Source of the DNA: an uncultured Actinomycetota bacterium
GTDB lineage: Bacteria > Actinomycetota > Acidimicrobiia > Acidimicrobiales > Bog-793
Length of the DNA: 64,000 nt
Assembly (NCBI GenBank): GCA_963735115.1
Contig: CAVTJR010000003.1
Location: forward strand, 1,352,641-1,416,640
Direction: 5' to 3'
Part shown: positions 8,658-17,744 of the stretch, piece after piece
How positions within the stretch are numbered: position 1 is the first letter of the stretch
Layout of the letters: each line of letters opens with the position of its first letter
Made by a program: the position numbers and the translations under genes
The notes under the pieces: model-generated
What the model saw: the letters and a program-made list of their open reading frames with translations, nothing else
What the model was told of the DNA's origin: nothing
The model's database searches: none

Positions 8658-9614
8658 TCAGGCCACGGTGCTCGACCGACCGAGTACCGCCTTCAGATCC
8701 GAGACGACCAGATGCGGTGCTTCGTGAACCGAAGCTGGCGTGGTCCGGAGCAGTATCCATCCGCTCGCCACGATCCGGTTGCCCCGCTCTCGGTCGTTGA
8801 CAAATGTCCGTGAGTCTGAGTGGTAGCGATAGCCGTCGAGCTCGAGCGCTACCCGCCGGTCGGGCCACGCCAGGTCGACGCGGCCCAAGAAACGCCCGCC
8901 GAGGCGGATCGAGTACTGCGTCTCCGGACGCTCGACGCCGGCGGTCACAAGCAGGTCGACCAGCCTGGCTTCCGCCACGCTGTCGACCTCACACAGACGT
9001 TCGACCACTCGCCGAAGACGGGCGAGCCCCTTTATGCCCCGTCCCGTAGATGACACGTACCTCTCGAGGCTGCGAATGCTCAGCAAGTGCTCGGCCACGC
9101 AATAGTCGAGGAACCCCTGTAACTGCTTGTCGTCGAGTGCCTCGCCGGCGATGTCGAGCATTGTGCGCAGGGGTCGCGTGACCTCAACTCCAGCGCGTCT
9201 CGTCGTAAGCCCTTCGAGGGTGCGGCGCGTCAGGTGAACGATCATGCCCGGCCGCCGGCACGGGTGGCATCCGTGTCGTACGGTCACGTGAATCGCCTCG
9301 CCTTCGAAACCCGCCCCGCGGTATCCCCACAGCTGGGCGGCAGTCTGGTGGGAGATGACCCCGCTGGTGTGGGTCGTCGCGACGAGCGCGCGTTCGGCGA
9401 GCCCCACCTCGGAACCGACGAGGCGGTAGACACCGTGGGCCTCTCTAATCAGCGCTCCCTTGGTCACGAGTCGCTGAAGTCGCTTCCGACTGATACCGAG
9501 GGCGGAGGCGGCGGTCGTCGTGACAATGCCTCGTGAACCGCCGGCCGCGTCCGCGAGCAGCTTCAACGGTTGCCGAACCGACTGCGCTTCGTCCACGCCG
9601 GCATCATCCCGCAT
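8658..9614 (-). CDS. AbiEi-like N-terminal HTH plus DUF559 (Vsr-like endonuclease fold) protein
   Basis: The N-terminal part is GIVTTTAASALGISRKRLQRLVTKGALIREAHGVYRL. The C-terminal part is RVDLAWPDRRVALELDGYRYHSD...ERGNRIVASGW. The start is taken at ATG 9614 (MRDDAG...), because the track start at 9653 lies inside repeat B. Confidence 0.8.
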   Translation of the reverse strand: MRDDAGVDEAQSVRQPLKLLADAAGGSRGIVTTTAASALGISRKRLQRLVTKGALIREAHGVYRLVGSEVGLAERALVATTHTSGVISHQTAAQLWGYRGAGFEGEAIHVTVRHGCHPCRRPGMIVHLTRRTLEGLTTRRAGVEVTRPLRTMLDIAGEALDDKQLQGFLDYCVAEHLLSIRSLERYVSSTGRGIKGLARLRRVVERLCEVDSVAEARLVDLLVTAGVERPETQYSIRLGGRFLGRVDLAWPDRRVALELDGYRYHSDSRTFVNDRERGNRIVASGWILLRTTPASVHEAPHLVVSDLKAVLGRSSTVA

Positions 9615-9630
9615 GGCTGTGTCACGCCGC

Positions 9631-9680
9631 TTCTGGGTGGGTGAAAGGGACACATAGCGTCCCTAACTGCGTCCAGAAGG
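9631..9680. repeat. 50-bp structured direct repeat, copy B
   Basis: TTCTGGGTGGGTGAAAGGGAcacatagcgTCCCtaacTGCGTCCAGAAGG. The 20-nt and 13-nt flanks and the stem bases are identical to copy A; the loop bases differ. It begins 16 nt upstream of the DUF559 start. Confidence 0.9.
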
Positions 9681-9735
9681 AGGCGGCGGCGGCGCGGCGG
9701 CCCGGCCGGCGGCGGCGGCGCGGCCGCGGCGGCGC
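9681..9735. repeat. GGC-rich simple-sequence tract
   Basis: aggcggcggcggcgcggcggcccggccggcggcggcggcgcggccgcggcggcgc lies between repeat B and the cinA stop. Confidence 0.7.
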
Positions 9736-10983
9736 TCAGTCGAGGTCGAGCAGCCGCTGGCGCACGACGTCGAGCACCGAGATCGTCGCCATCTGCCGTA
9801 TCCGGTCACGATCGCCCGGCACCCGCAACAGGACCGCCTCCGGCTCGCGCCCCGGCAGCGCCACGCCGGCGTACACCGTCCCCGGGGGCTGGTCGTCCTG
9901 GGAGGTCGGCCCGGCCACGCCGGTCACCGCCAGCCCAACGTCAGCCCCGAGTACCCGGCACGCCGCCGAGGCCATCTCGCGAGCGGCGGACTCGGAGACG
10001 ACGGGGCCCTCGCTGACGCCGAGGAGCGACCGCTTCACTTCGGTCGCGTAGGTCACGGCCGAACCGCGGAACCACACCGAGGCCCCAGGCACCGACACGA
10101 TGCGGGAGGCGACGAGCCCACCCGTCAGCGACTCGGCGAGCCCGATCGTCCAACCGCGATCGACCAGCAGCTGACCCACGACCGACTCCATCGTGTCGCC
10201 GTCGACACCGAAGACCGTGCGGCCGAGCAACGACTTGATCTCGGCGGCTTCGGCGTCGAGCGCCGCCGAGGCGCTCGCTGCATCGGCTGCCTTCACCGTG
10301 AGGCGGACCTTCAGACCCTCGATGCCGCTGGCGAGAAAGGCGATCGTGGGCACGCCGATCGCACCCTCGCCGAGCTTCTCGATGCGGGGGCCGAGCACCT
10401 CGGCCAGGCCCGACTCCGACATCCCCCAGGTACGCAGCGTGCGGCTGGCGATGACGGCGGTCTCGCCGGCCCGTGCACGCAGATCCGGCAGGACCGCCCG
10501 CTCCAGCATCTCGTGCATCTCGTAGGGAACGCCCGGCATGGCATAGACGACCTTCAGGCCGACCGGACAGATGAGACCCGGCGCCGTGCCCATCGTCTGG
10601 GGGATGAGAGTCGCCCCTTCGGGCACGTCGGCCTGCCGGCCGTTGTTGGCCGGCATCTCCCGCCGCCGCGAGGCGAACATCGCCCGGATGCGCTCGAGCA
10701 CCTCCGGATCGCGCCGGAGGGGGACGTTCATGACCTCGGCGATCGCCTCCCGGGTGATGTCGTCTTGCGTGGGGCCGAGGCCCCCGCACACGATGACGGC
10801 CTCACTGCGGGCAAGCGCTGTCCGCAACGCCAGCACGATGCGGGAGAGGTTGTCTCCGACTGACGTCTGGAAGTGGCAGTCGAGGCCCGAGGCCGCCAGT
10901 TGCTCGGCGATGTAGGCGGAGTTCGTATCGACGATCTGTCCGAGCAAGAGCTCGGTCCCGACAGCGACGATCTCGGTGCGCAC
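9736..10983 (-). CDS. cinA: CinA family competence/damage-inducible protein (MoCF-binding plus nicotinamide-nucleotide amidohydrolase domains)
   Basis: The sequence reads MRTEIVAVGTELLLGQIVDTNSAYIAEQL...VIVCGGLGPTQDDITREA..., with a C-terminal PncC-like half. Confidence 0.9.
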   Translation of the reverse strand: MRTEIVAVGTELLLGQIVDTNSAYIAEQLAASGLDCHFQTSVGDNLSRIVLALRTALARSEAVIVCGGLGPTQDDITREAIAEVMNVPLRRDPEVLERIRAMFASRRREMPANNGRQADVPEGATLIPQTMGTAPGLICPVGLKVVYAMPGVPYEMHEMLERAVLPDLRARAGETAVIASRTLRTWGMSESGLAEVLGPRIEKLGEGAIGVPTIAFLASGIEGLKVRLTVKAADAASASAALDAEAAEIKSLLGRTVFGVDGDTMESVVGQLLVDRGWTIGLAESLTGGLVASRIVSVPGASVWFRGSAVTYATEVKRSLLGVSEGPVVSESAAREMASAACRVLGADVGLAVTGVAGPTSQDDQPPGTVYAGVALPGREPEAVLLRVPGDRDRIRQMATISVLDVVRQRLLDLD

Positions 10984-11004
10984 TCGGCCGGCAGTGGCGG
11001 TGGA

Positions 11005-11601
11005 TCAGGCGGCGCCGGCGGGGCCGGCGGCCCCGGCGAGCAAGCGCCGCCCATCGTGGAGGTACTCGAGACCGGTGTACAGCGTGATTGCCACCGCGAC
11101 CCAGAGCAACCCCCTCACGAGGGCGATGTGGTGCTCGCCTACGAGCGGCATGAGGGCGAGCCCGACGACGATGTCCTGCAGCAGCGTCTTCACCTTCGCC
11201 GTCTGGCGAGCCGGGATCGACACGCCTCGTCTCGCCGCGTACGCCCGGAAGACGCTCATGGCGACTTCCCGGATGCCGATCAGAATGACCGGGAGCCAGG
11301 AGAGCTCATGAATCGAGGCGAGCGCCGCGAGCACTCCGAGGACGAGGAACTTGTCTGCCAACGGGTCGAGAAACGCCCCCGACCTCGTCGTCCCCTGCCG
11401 CCGCGCCACGTAACCGTCGAGGCCGTCGGAGCTGGCGCACACGAACCACACCCCGAACAGGGTCCACGTCGCCGGGCCGGTCAACACGACCATGGCCACC
11501 AGCACCGGGGTTGCCAGCAGGCGCGCGAGCGTCAGTACGTTCGCCGGCGTGGCGAGGGCGGACGGGCCGAAGGTCGACGTTGGCTTCTCGGCGGTGCTCA
11601 C
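11005..11601 (-). CDS. pgsA: CDP-diacylglycerol--glycerol-3-phosphate 3-phosphatidyltransferase
   Basis: The CDP-alcohol phosphatidyltransferase motif is DGLDGYVARRQGTTRSGAFLDPLADK. The GTG start at 11601 overlaps the rimO stop (GTGA). The track ORF's upstream extension is Arg-rich junk. Confidence 0.9.
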   Translation of the reverse strand: MSTAEKPTSTFGPSALATPANVLTLARLLATPVLVAMVVLTGPATWTLFGVWFVCASSDGLDGYVARRQGTTRSGAFLDPLADKFLVLGVLAALASIHELSWLPVILIGIREVAMSVFRAYAARRGVSIPARQTAKVKTLLQDIVVGLALMPLVGEHHIALVRGLLWVAVAITLYTGLEYLHDGRRLLAGAAGPAGAA

Positions 11602-12962
11602 GACACCACCATCGTGACAGGACTCAGGCGTCCCATGTCGAGCGTGGGCCGATCGCCGATCAGATCGGGGCCTTCCGCCGCGGTGACGACCACGTCGACG
11701 AAACCGCCGACGGCGAGGTGCTCCGGCACACGGACGATCCCGTCGATCTCCGGCGCCTCCCGGAAGCTGCGGCCGACGCCCGGGCGGTCGACGAGCACGG
11801 ACACGGTCGAGCCCACGAGCCGGCGCCGCCGCCGGGCCGTGACGAAGTCCTGCAACTCGGAGCACTCCCGCATGCGCTCGAGGGCGAGCTCGGGTGCGAT
11901 CTGCCGGTCGAGACCGGCGGCGTAGGTTCCGGCCTCCCTCGAGAACGTGAAGAAACCCGCCCAGTCCAGCTCCGCCTCCCCCAGGAAGGCGAGCAACTCG
12001 TCGTGATCCTCCTCGGTCTCGCCCGGGTAGCCGAGAATGAACGAGGAGCGCAGGGCCGCCTCGGGGGCCATCGCCCGAATCCTCCCGATCCGCTCGAGAA
12101 AGCGCTCCCCGTTCCCCCAGCGGCGCATCCTCCGCAGCAATGGGACGGAGACGTGCTGGAGGGAGAGGTCGAAGTAGGGCACGCCGGTGCCGAGGATCGT
12201 GTCGATCAACCTGTCACTGAGCGACGACGGGTAGAGATAGAGCAGACGTACTCGCTCGGTGCGGGCCGAGACCGCTTCCACGAGCTGCACGATGTCGCTG
12301 TCAACCGACGTGCCGACCGCCCTCGACTGATCGCGACCGAACGATGCGAGATCCTGCGCGACAAGGACGATCTCGCGTGCTCGCAGGGACTCGACCTCCG
12401 AAAGGATCGATGCCATCGTGCGGGAACGCTGCTTGCCTCGAAACGATGGAATGGCGCAGAAGCCGCACTTGCGGTCACACCCTTCGGCCACCTTGACGTA
12501 CGCCCATGGCGCCGTCGCCGGCGGGCGGGGCAGCTCGAGGAGGTCGAACGAGGGTACTTCGCCGCGGCGAAGGAGGCGCACCGGTTGGCGTTTCGTGGTC
12601 TCGTGCAGGCGGGTCGGCGAAGGCCCCCGAGCCGGACGCTGGAGGAAGTCCACGCCGAATCCGGCCACGACGTCGACCTCGGGCAGGGCTGCAGCCAGCT
12701 CGGGCCCGCTCCGCTCTGCCAGGCAGCCCGTCACCGCCAGGCGCGCCCCAGGTCGCCGGATCTGGCTGAGCTCGAGGATCGTGTTGATCGACTCCTCTCG
12801 TGCAGGCTCGATGAAGGCGCACGTGTTGACGACGACGAGATCGGCGTCACCGGGCTGGGACGTCTCGAGGTACCCCTCGGACTCGAGCAGCCCGACGAGC
12901 TTGTCCGAGTCGACGTCGTTCTTCGGGCAGCCCAAGGTCGCGATGAAGAAGCGTTGGGCCAC
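11598..12962 (-). CDS. rimO: Ribosomal protein S12 methylthiotransferase RimO (MiaB-family radical SAM)
   Basis: The sequence shows MAQRFFIATLGCPKNDVDSDKL...VVNTCAFI...EGCDRKCGFCAIPSFRG (radical SAM CxxxCxxC), with a C-terminal TRAM-like end. Confidence 0.9.
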   Translation of the reverse strand: MAQRFFIATLGCPKNDVDSDKLVGLLESEGYLETSQPGDADLVVVNTCAFIEPAREESINTILELSQIRRPGARLAVTGCLAERSGPELAAALPEVDVVAGFGVDFLQRPARGPSPTRLHETTKRQPVRLLRRGEVPSFDLLELPRPPATAPWAYVKVAEGCDRKCGFCAIPSFRGKQRSRTMASILSEVESLRAREIVLVAQDLASFGRDQSRAVGTSVDSDIVQLVEAVSARTERVRLLYLYPSSLSDRLIDTILGTGVPYFDLSLQHVSVPLLRRMRRWGNGERFLERIGRIRAMAPEAALRSSFILGYPGETEEDHDELLAFLGEAELDWAGFFTFSREAGTYAAGLDRQIAPELALERMRECSELQDFVTARRRRRLVGSTVSVLVDRPGVGRSFREAPEIDGIVRVPEHLAVGGFVDVVVTAAEGPDLIGDRPTLDMGRLSPVTMVVS

Positions 12963-13040
12963 TGCACGAGGCTACCCCCCTGGCCGGGCCACCCGATGCC
13001 CCCGCCGACCAGCCGCCACCTCAGGGTCCGCACGCGCCGC

Positions 13041-14192
13041 TCAGAGCGTGGCGATGACCCCGCTGTGGCGCAGCGACTCGACCCGGCTCTCTGGCACACC
13101 CCAGTCGAGGAGGGCGGCGACACCGCCTTCCCCGGGCCAGCCGGGACCGGCGGGGACCGTCGCCGGTTGCCGCCGGAAGCGGGGCGCCGGCGCCGGCTGC
13201 ACGACGCCGTCGACGTCGACAAAGGTGCCGCGGGCGAGGTTGTGGGGGTAGGCGGCCGCCTCCGTCATGGACAGGACGGGCGCCAGGCATGCGTCCTTGC
13301 CGGCCGCCAATTCCGCCCACTCGTCGCGCGTCTTGCGGCGGAAGACCTCGGCGTAGCGCCGCTTCGTCTCCGGCCAGTGCGAACGGTCCATCTGGGGCGG
13401 CTCAGCGTCGGCCGGAAGGCCCATGACCGCGAGCAGCTGGGCGAAGAACTGCGGTTCGAGAGCGCCGACTGCGACCATCTTCCCGTCCGCGCACTCGTAG
13501 GTGTCGTAGAAGGGCGCCCCAGTGTCCAACAGGTTGCTGCCGCGCTCGTCCCGCCAGACCCCGAGAGCCCGGAACGCCCAGGTCATCGTCATGAGCAGCG
13601 CCGCCCCGTCCACCATGGCGACGTCGATGACGTCCCCCTTCCCCGTCCGCTGGGCCGACCAGACGCCTGCCATGACCCCGAGCGCCAGCAGCATGCCGCC
13701 GCCGCCGAAATCCCCAACGAGGTTGAGCGGAGGCACCGGTCGCTCGCCGGTGCGGCCGATCGACTCGAGCACGCCGCCCACGGAGATGTAGTCGATGTCG
13801 TGCCCGGCGCGATCGGCCAAGGGCCCGGCTTGCCCCCAACCGGTCATGCGCCCGTAGACGAGCCGCGGGTTTCGAGCCAGGCAGGCGTCCGGGCCGAGCC
13901 CGAGACGTTCGGTCACGCCCGGCCGAAACCCCTCCACGAGCGCGTCCGCCTGCTCCGCCAATGCGAGCACGAGCTCGACGCCGTCACCCTGCTTCAGATC
14001 CGCCCCGATCGAACGCTTCCCCCGCTGGAGTAGATCCCAGGAGCTTCCTTCCGGTCGGGCCGCCGGCACGGCACCGGAGCGTTCGATCCGCAGCACGTCC
14101 GCGCCGAGGTCGGCGAGCACCATCGCCCCGAAGGGGCACGGTCCGATCCCGGCGAGCTCGACGACGCGCAGCCCGCTCAGCGGTCCGCTCAC
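13041..14192 (-). CDS. CoA-transferase family III protein (CaiB/BaiF, alpha-methylacyl-CoA racemase-like)
   Basis: The sequence reads LSGLRVVELAGIGPCPFGAMVLADLGADVLRIER...GRMTGWGQAGP...GHDIDYIS. A GTGA overlap links it to the upstream hydrolase gene. Confidence 0.9.
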   Translation of the reverse strand: MSGPLSGLRVVELAGIGPCPFGAMVLADLGADVLRIERSGAVPAARPEGSSWDLLQRGKRSIGADLKQGDGVELVLALAEQADALVEGFRPGVTERLGLGPDACLARNPRLVYGRMTGWGQAGPLADRAGHDIDYISVGGVLESIGRTGERPVPPLNLVGDFGGGGMLLALGVMAGVWSAQRTGKGDVIDVAMVDGAALLMTMTWAFRALGVWRDERGSNLLDTGAPFYDTYECADGKMVAVGALEPQFFAQLLAVMGLPADAEPPQMDRSHWPETKRRYAEVFRRKTRDEWAELAAGKDACLAPVLSMTEAAAYPHNLARGTFVDVDGVVQPAPAPRFRRQPATVPAGPGWPGEGGVAALLDWGVPESRVESLRHSGVIATL

Positions 14193-15094
14193 GAGGGCGC
14201 AGCGACGGGGCCCGACCGCTGCGCCTCCCCCTTGCGGGCGTTGCCGTCGACCTCATCGAGAATCTGATCCCAGACCTGCTCAGGAAGGTCGTGCCCCATA
14301 CCTTCGATCATCACGAGCTTGGCGCCCGCAATGGCCTTCGCCGTCGCCTCGCCGCCGGACGGGTTGACGAGAGGATCGGCGGTTCCGTGAATGACGACTG
14401 TCGGCACCGACACCGTAGCGAGGCCATGAGTGCGGTCGGGCGAGCCCAGGATCGCACCCATCTGCCGGGAGATGCCGGTCGGCTCGCTCGAACGGTCGTA
14501 GGCCTCCGCCGCCAAGCGACGCAGTCGGTCCTCGTCGGGAGGGAAGCCGGGTGATCCGATGATCTCGAACACCTTCGTGGCGAGATCGATCGATTCCTCC
14601 CTCGAAGTTGGGTTGAGGGAGAGGAGGGCTTCGGCGGCGGCTTGGGAGGGCTGCCCGACGTGGGGGTTGCCTGTGGTCGACATGATCGAGGTGAGGCTGC
14701 GCACCTTCGCCGGGTGATCGATGGCGAGCTGCTGAGCGATCATGCCACCCATCGAGATCCCAAGGACGTGGATCGACTCGATCCCAAGCGCGTCGAGCAG
14801 TCCGGCGACGTCGTCGGCCATGTCGCTCAAGAGGTAAGCGATGTTGGGGTCCTCGCCCCTCAGCAGCGCCAGCAGGTCGGGCACGCCGCACTCGACGAGG
14901 TGGGTGGACAGGCCAGCGTCGCGATTGTCGAAGGCGACGACGAAGTAGCCCTTGGCGGCCACGTTACTGATCCAATCGGAGCCCCAACTGACCATCTGCA
15001 TGCCGAGACCACAGATCAACAGCAGCGGTGGATGAGACTCGTCTCCGGCGGTCTCGTAGTAGAGATCGATCCCGTTCACGTGGGCAGTCGGCAT
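14189..15094 (-). CDS. Alpha/beta hydrolase
   Basis: The sequence reads MPTAHVNGIDLYYETAGDESHPPLLLICGLG...HVLGISMGGMIAQ (GxSxG)...IEGMGHDLP. The start is taken at ATG 15094, whereas the track ORF starts at 15232. Confidence 0.85.
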   Translation of the reverse strand: MPTAHVNGIDLYYETAGDESHPPLLLICGLGMQMVSWGSDWISNVAAKGYFVVAFDNRDAGLSTHLVECGVPDLLALLRGEDPNIAYLLSDMADDVAGLLDALGIESIHVLGISMGGMIAQQLAIDHPAKVRSLTSIMSTTGNPHVGQPSQAAAEALLSLNPTSREESIDLATKVFEIIGSPGFPPDEDRLRRLAAEAYDRSSEPTGISRQMGAILGSPDRTHGLATVSVPTVVIHGTADPLVNPSGGEATAKAIAGAKLVMIEGMGHDLPEQVWDQILDEVDGNARKGEAQRSGPVAAPS

Positions 15095-15188
15095 GACGGA
15101 ATGCTTCCCTGCAGCGGCGAAGCGGTCAAGCTGGCGGCCGCCCGCTTGGGCGCCCGGCAAGATCGACCGACCGTGGCACGATGTGTCG

Positions 15189-16634
15189 ATGCCCGGCTTG
15201 CTCGGCGATTCGTTCCGTTTCGGGGTGGCCACGGCGGGCTTTCAGGTCGAGGGCGGTTTCAACGGTCCAGGCGAACCGCGCAACAACTGGTACGAGTGGG
15301 AGACCGAAGGACGCGTCGAGGTGTCGGGGATCGCTCTCGACTTCTGGAACCAGTTCGAGCACCACCTCGATAAGGCCGCCGCCCTCGGCATCGACTCGTT
15401 TCGGCTGTCGCTCGAGTGGGCAAGGTGTGAGCCGAGCGAGGGCCGCTACGACGACGATGCCTTCGAGCGCTACCGCAGCATCCTCACCGCCTGCCGGGAG
15501 CGCGGGATGGAACCGCTATTGACACTGCTGCACTTCACCCATCCGGCCTGGCTAGGCGTGGACTTCTGGTCGAGGGCCGATTCTGCGGAACGCTACGCGG
15601 GCTTCGCAGCCGAGGCGGTGACACGGCTGTCGTCGGAGTGCCAGAACTGGGTGACCCTGAACGAGATCAACGTCCTCGCCCTCATGAGCTTCTTCCTCGG
15701 TGGTTTCCCGCCCGGGAGGCGCCTCGACGGACCGACCACCCTCAAGGCGGCCGACCTCCTCTTGTCGGCCCACGTCCTCGCCTACGAGCGCATCAAGCGG
15801 CTGCAACCCGCCGGCGTCGTGAGCACGAACAACTGCAGCTTCTCGATCTACGAGCTCGACCGACTCCTCATCGACCTGCTGCTCGCTCGCTCACGCGGGG
15901 TCGACCGCGACGACCTCGATGCCCACCTCGCCGAGCGCCGCACCGACTTCTACGCCAGCGATGCCGGCAAGGGAGTACCCGGCCCGAGCGGGAGCACGCG
16001 CCGCTGGGCGACGGGCGAGGAGGCGCTCCGACGTCTCGCCCGGCAGCTCGTGCACCCGGTGCAGGCCTTCGCCCGGACGATCGAAGCTGTCTACGCCAGC
16101 CCACACGAGCGCACGCTCGACGTCACCCAGCTCGACTATTACGACCCCGAGACCGCGAGCCATCTGCAGCCCCCCTTCATGCCGACGGCGGGCGGGCGAT
16201 GGCCTCTGCCGCAGCGCCCCCTCTGGGACGACCCTGCCAACCCGCCCGGGCTGTCGGCCTACTGCGCCGTCAACACCGAAACTGACCTCGACCTCTGGAT
16301 CGTCGAGAACGGTCTCTGCAACCGCGTGCGCCGTGGCCGCGCTTTTCCCCGCCTCGACGGATGGGACCGTCCCCGCTATCTCCGGGAGAACCTGGCGGCT
16401 GTTCTGACATCAATTTCCGCCGGGATCCCAATTTCTGGTTATTGGCACTGGTGTTTGGCCGATAACTACGAGTGGGGTAGCTACGAGCCCCGATTCGGCA
16501 TATATGGCATCGACCGGGAACGGTCCTGCCGATGGGACGAACTTGATTCGATGGGTAAGGACTCGGCCGGTGCGTACCGGCGGATCATCGAGGGACTGCG
16601 AGCCGGCGATACCTCCGTGCTCAGCGACCGGTAG
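15189..16634 (+). CDS. Glycoside hydrolase family 1 (beta-glucosidase)
   Basis: The sequence shows FRFGVATAGFQVEGG..., TLNEINV (acid/base) and LWIVENGL (nucleophile). The start is taken at the internal ATG 15189. Confidence 0.9.
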   Translation: MPGLLGDSFRFGVATAGFQVEGGFNGPGEPRNNWYEWETEGRVEVSGIALDFWNQFEHHLDKAAALGIDSFRLSLEWARCEPSEGRYDDDAFERYRSILTACRERGMEPLLTLLHFTHPAWLGVDFWSRADSAERYAGFAAEAVTRLSSECQNWVTLNEINVLALMSFFLGGFPPGRRLDGPTTLKAADLLLSAHVLAYERIKRLQPAGVVSTNNCSFSIYELDRLLIDLLLARSRGVDRDDLDAHLAERRTDFYASDAGKGVPGPSGSTRRWATGEEALRRLARQLVHPVQAFARTIEAVYASPHERTLDVTQLDYYDPETASHLQPPFMPTAGGRWPLPQRPLWDDPANPPGLSAYCAVNTETDLDLWIVENGLCNRVRRGRAFPRLDGWDRPRYLRENLAAVLTSISAGIPISGYWHWCLADNYEWGSYEPRFGIYGIDRERSCRWDELDSMGKDSAGAYRRIIEGLRAGDTSVLSDR

Positions 16635-16641
16635 CCCGGCG

Positions 16642-17721
16642 ATGCAGGCACGCGAGCCGAGGTCAGACGGTCGCGGCGACGGCCCGATCGAGGCCGTGAC
16701 GGCGTTCGCACCCGGGCGGGTCACCCTCATCGGCGATCACACCGACTACACCGGTGGTCTCGCCCTGCCGATCGCGATCAACCTCGGCACCGAGGTCGTC
16801 TTCCACCCGGATGCCACCGCCGACTGCATCGAGCTCTCCTCCTCCCTCGAGCCGGAGAGCGCCCGCATCCCGCTCGCCGTCCCTGCCAACCCTTGGGATC
16901 TGGGGATGATCCTGCCGGAGTGGGGTCGCCACGTCGGCGCGATCGCTTCGATCGTGCGCCCGCGGTACGGCGGCAAGGGCACGATCACCACGACGCTGCC
17001 GGTCGGGGCGGGCCTCTCCTCGAGCGCCGCCCTCGAGATCGCCGTAGCGCTGGCGCTCGGTTATGCGGGCGACGCCCTCTCCCTCGCGCAAGCTTGCCAA
17101 CTCGCCCAGCAGGTAGCTTCGGGTGTCCGCACTGGCATCGTCGATCAGCTGGCGATCACCCTGGCGGAGGCGGGTCACGCCATGCTGCTCGACTGCTCCA
17201 CGCTGCGGGCGACGGCGGTGGCGATCCCCGAGGAAGTCGAGGTCATCGTCGCCCATTGCGGCGTCGTGCGATCCATCGTCGCATCGGCCTACGCCGAACG
17301 CAGGGCGGAGTGCGAGGCGGCCGAGCGCCTGGTCGGACCGCTCCGCTCGGCGACGCCGTGGGAGGTGGACCGGCTGTCCGACCCCGTCCTCCGGCGCCGT
17401 GCGCGCCACGTCGTGAGCGAGAACGCCCGCGTGCGCCAGTTCGTCGCAGCCCTCCAGCGGAACGACCTCCGCGCTGCCGGCCAGCTCATGAACGACAGCC
17501 ACGCCAGCCTCGCCGCCGACTTCGAGGCATCGATCCCGGAGCTCGACGGGTTGGCCGAGCGACTCCGGTCGATGAGTGGGGTGTTCGGGGCGAGGATGAC
17601 CGGGGCCGGATTCGGCGGCTGTGTCGTCGCCCTGGCCGAGCGCGGCTCTGTCCGGCTGCCGCTGCGAGGCGTGCAGGCGTGGCGGACTCTTCCGTCCGAG
17701 GCTGCGCGGCGACGCTCGTAG
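16642..17721 (+). CDS. galK: Galactokinase (GHMP kinase)
   Basis: The sequence shows FAPGRVTLIGDHTDYTGGLALP (galactokinase signature) and LPVGAGLSSSAALE (GHMP motif). The start is taken at ATG 16642, after the GH1 stop. Confidence 0.9.
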   Translation: MQAREPRSDGRGDGPIEAVTAFAPGRVTLIGDHTDYTGGLALPIAINLGTEVVFHPDATADCIELSSSLEPESARIPLAVPANPWDLGMILPEWGRHVGAIASIVRPRYGGKGTITTTLPVGAGLSSSAALEIAVALALGYAGDALSLAQACQLAQQVASGVRTGIVDQLAITLAEAGHAMLLDCSTLRATAVAIPEEVEVIVAHCGVVRSIVASAYAERRAECEAAERLVGPLRSATPWEVDRLSDPVLRRRARHVVSENARVRQFVAALQRNDLRAAGQLMNDSHASLAADFEASIPELDGLAERLRSMSGVFGARMTGAGFGGCVVALAERGSVRLPLRGVQAWRTLPSEAARRRS

Positions 17722-17744
17722 ACCAAGGCGGGAGGACTCGCCCG

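Noticed and set aside
8133-8813. Track ORFs translating through the 50-bp repeats (SGWVKGT... peptides at 8133..8813 and 9533..10051), considered as a repeated protein motif.
   Set aside because: Both host ORFs are Arg/Gly-rich overlapping frames with no coding signal. The similarity is explained by the DNA repeat itself.
11511-14033. An 840-aa ORF on the + strand.
   Set aside because: It is antisense to clearly recognisable rimO and CoA-transferase genes. Its Arg/Gly/Pro/His-rich composition is typical of spurious antisense frames in high-GC DNA, and it has no recognisable domain.
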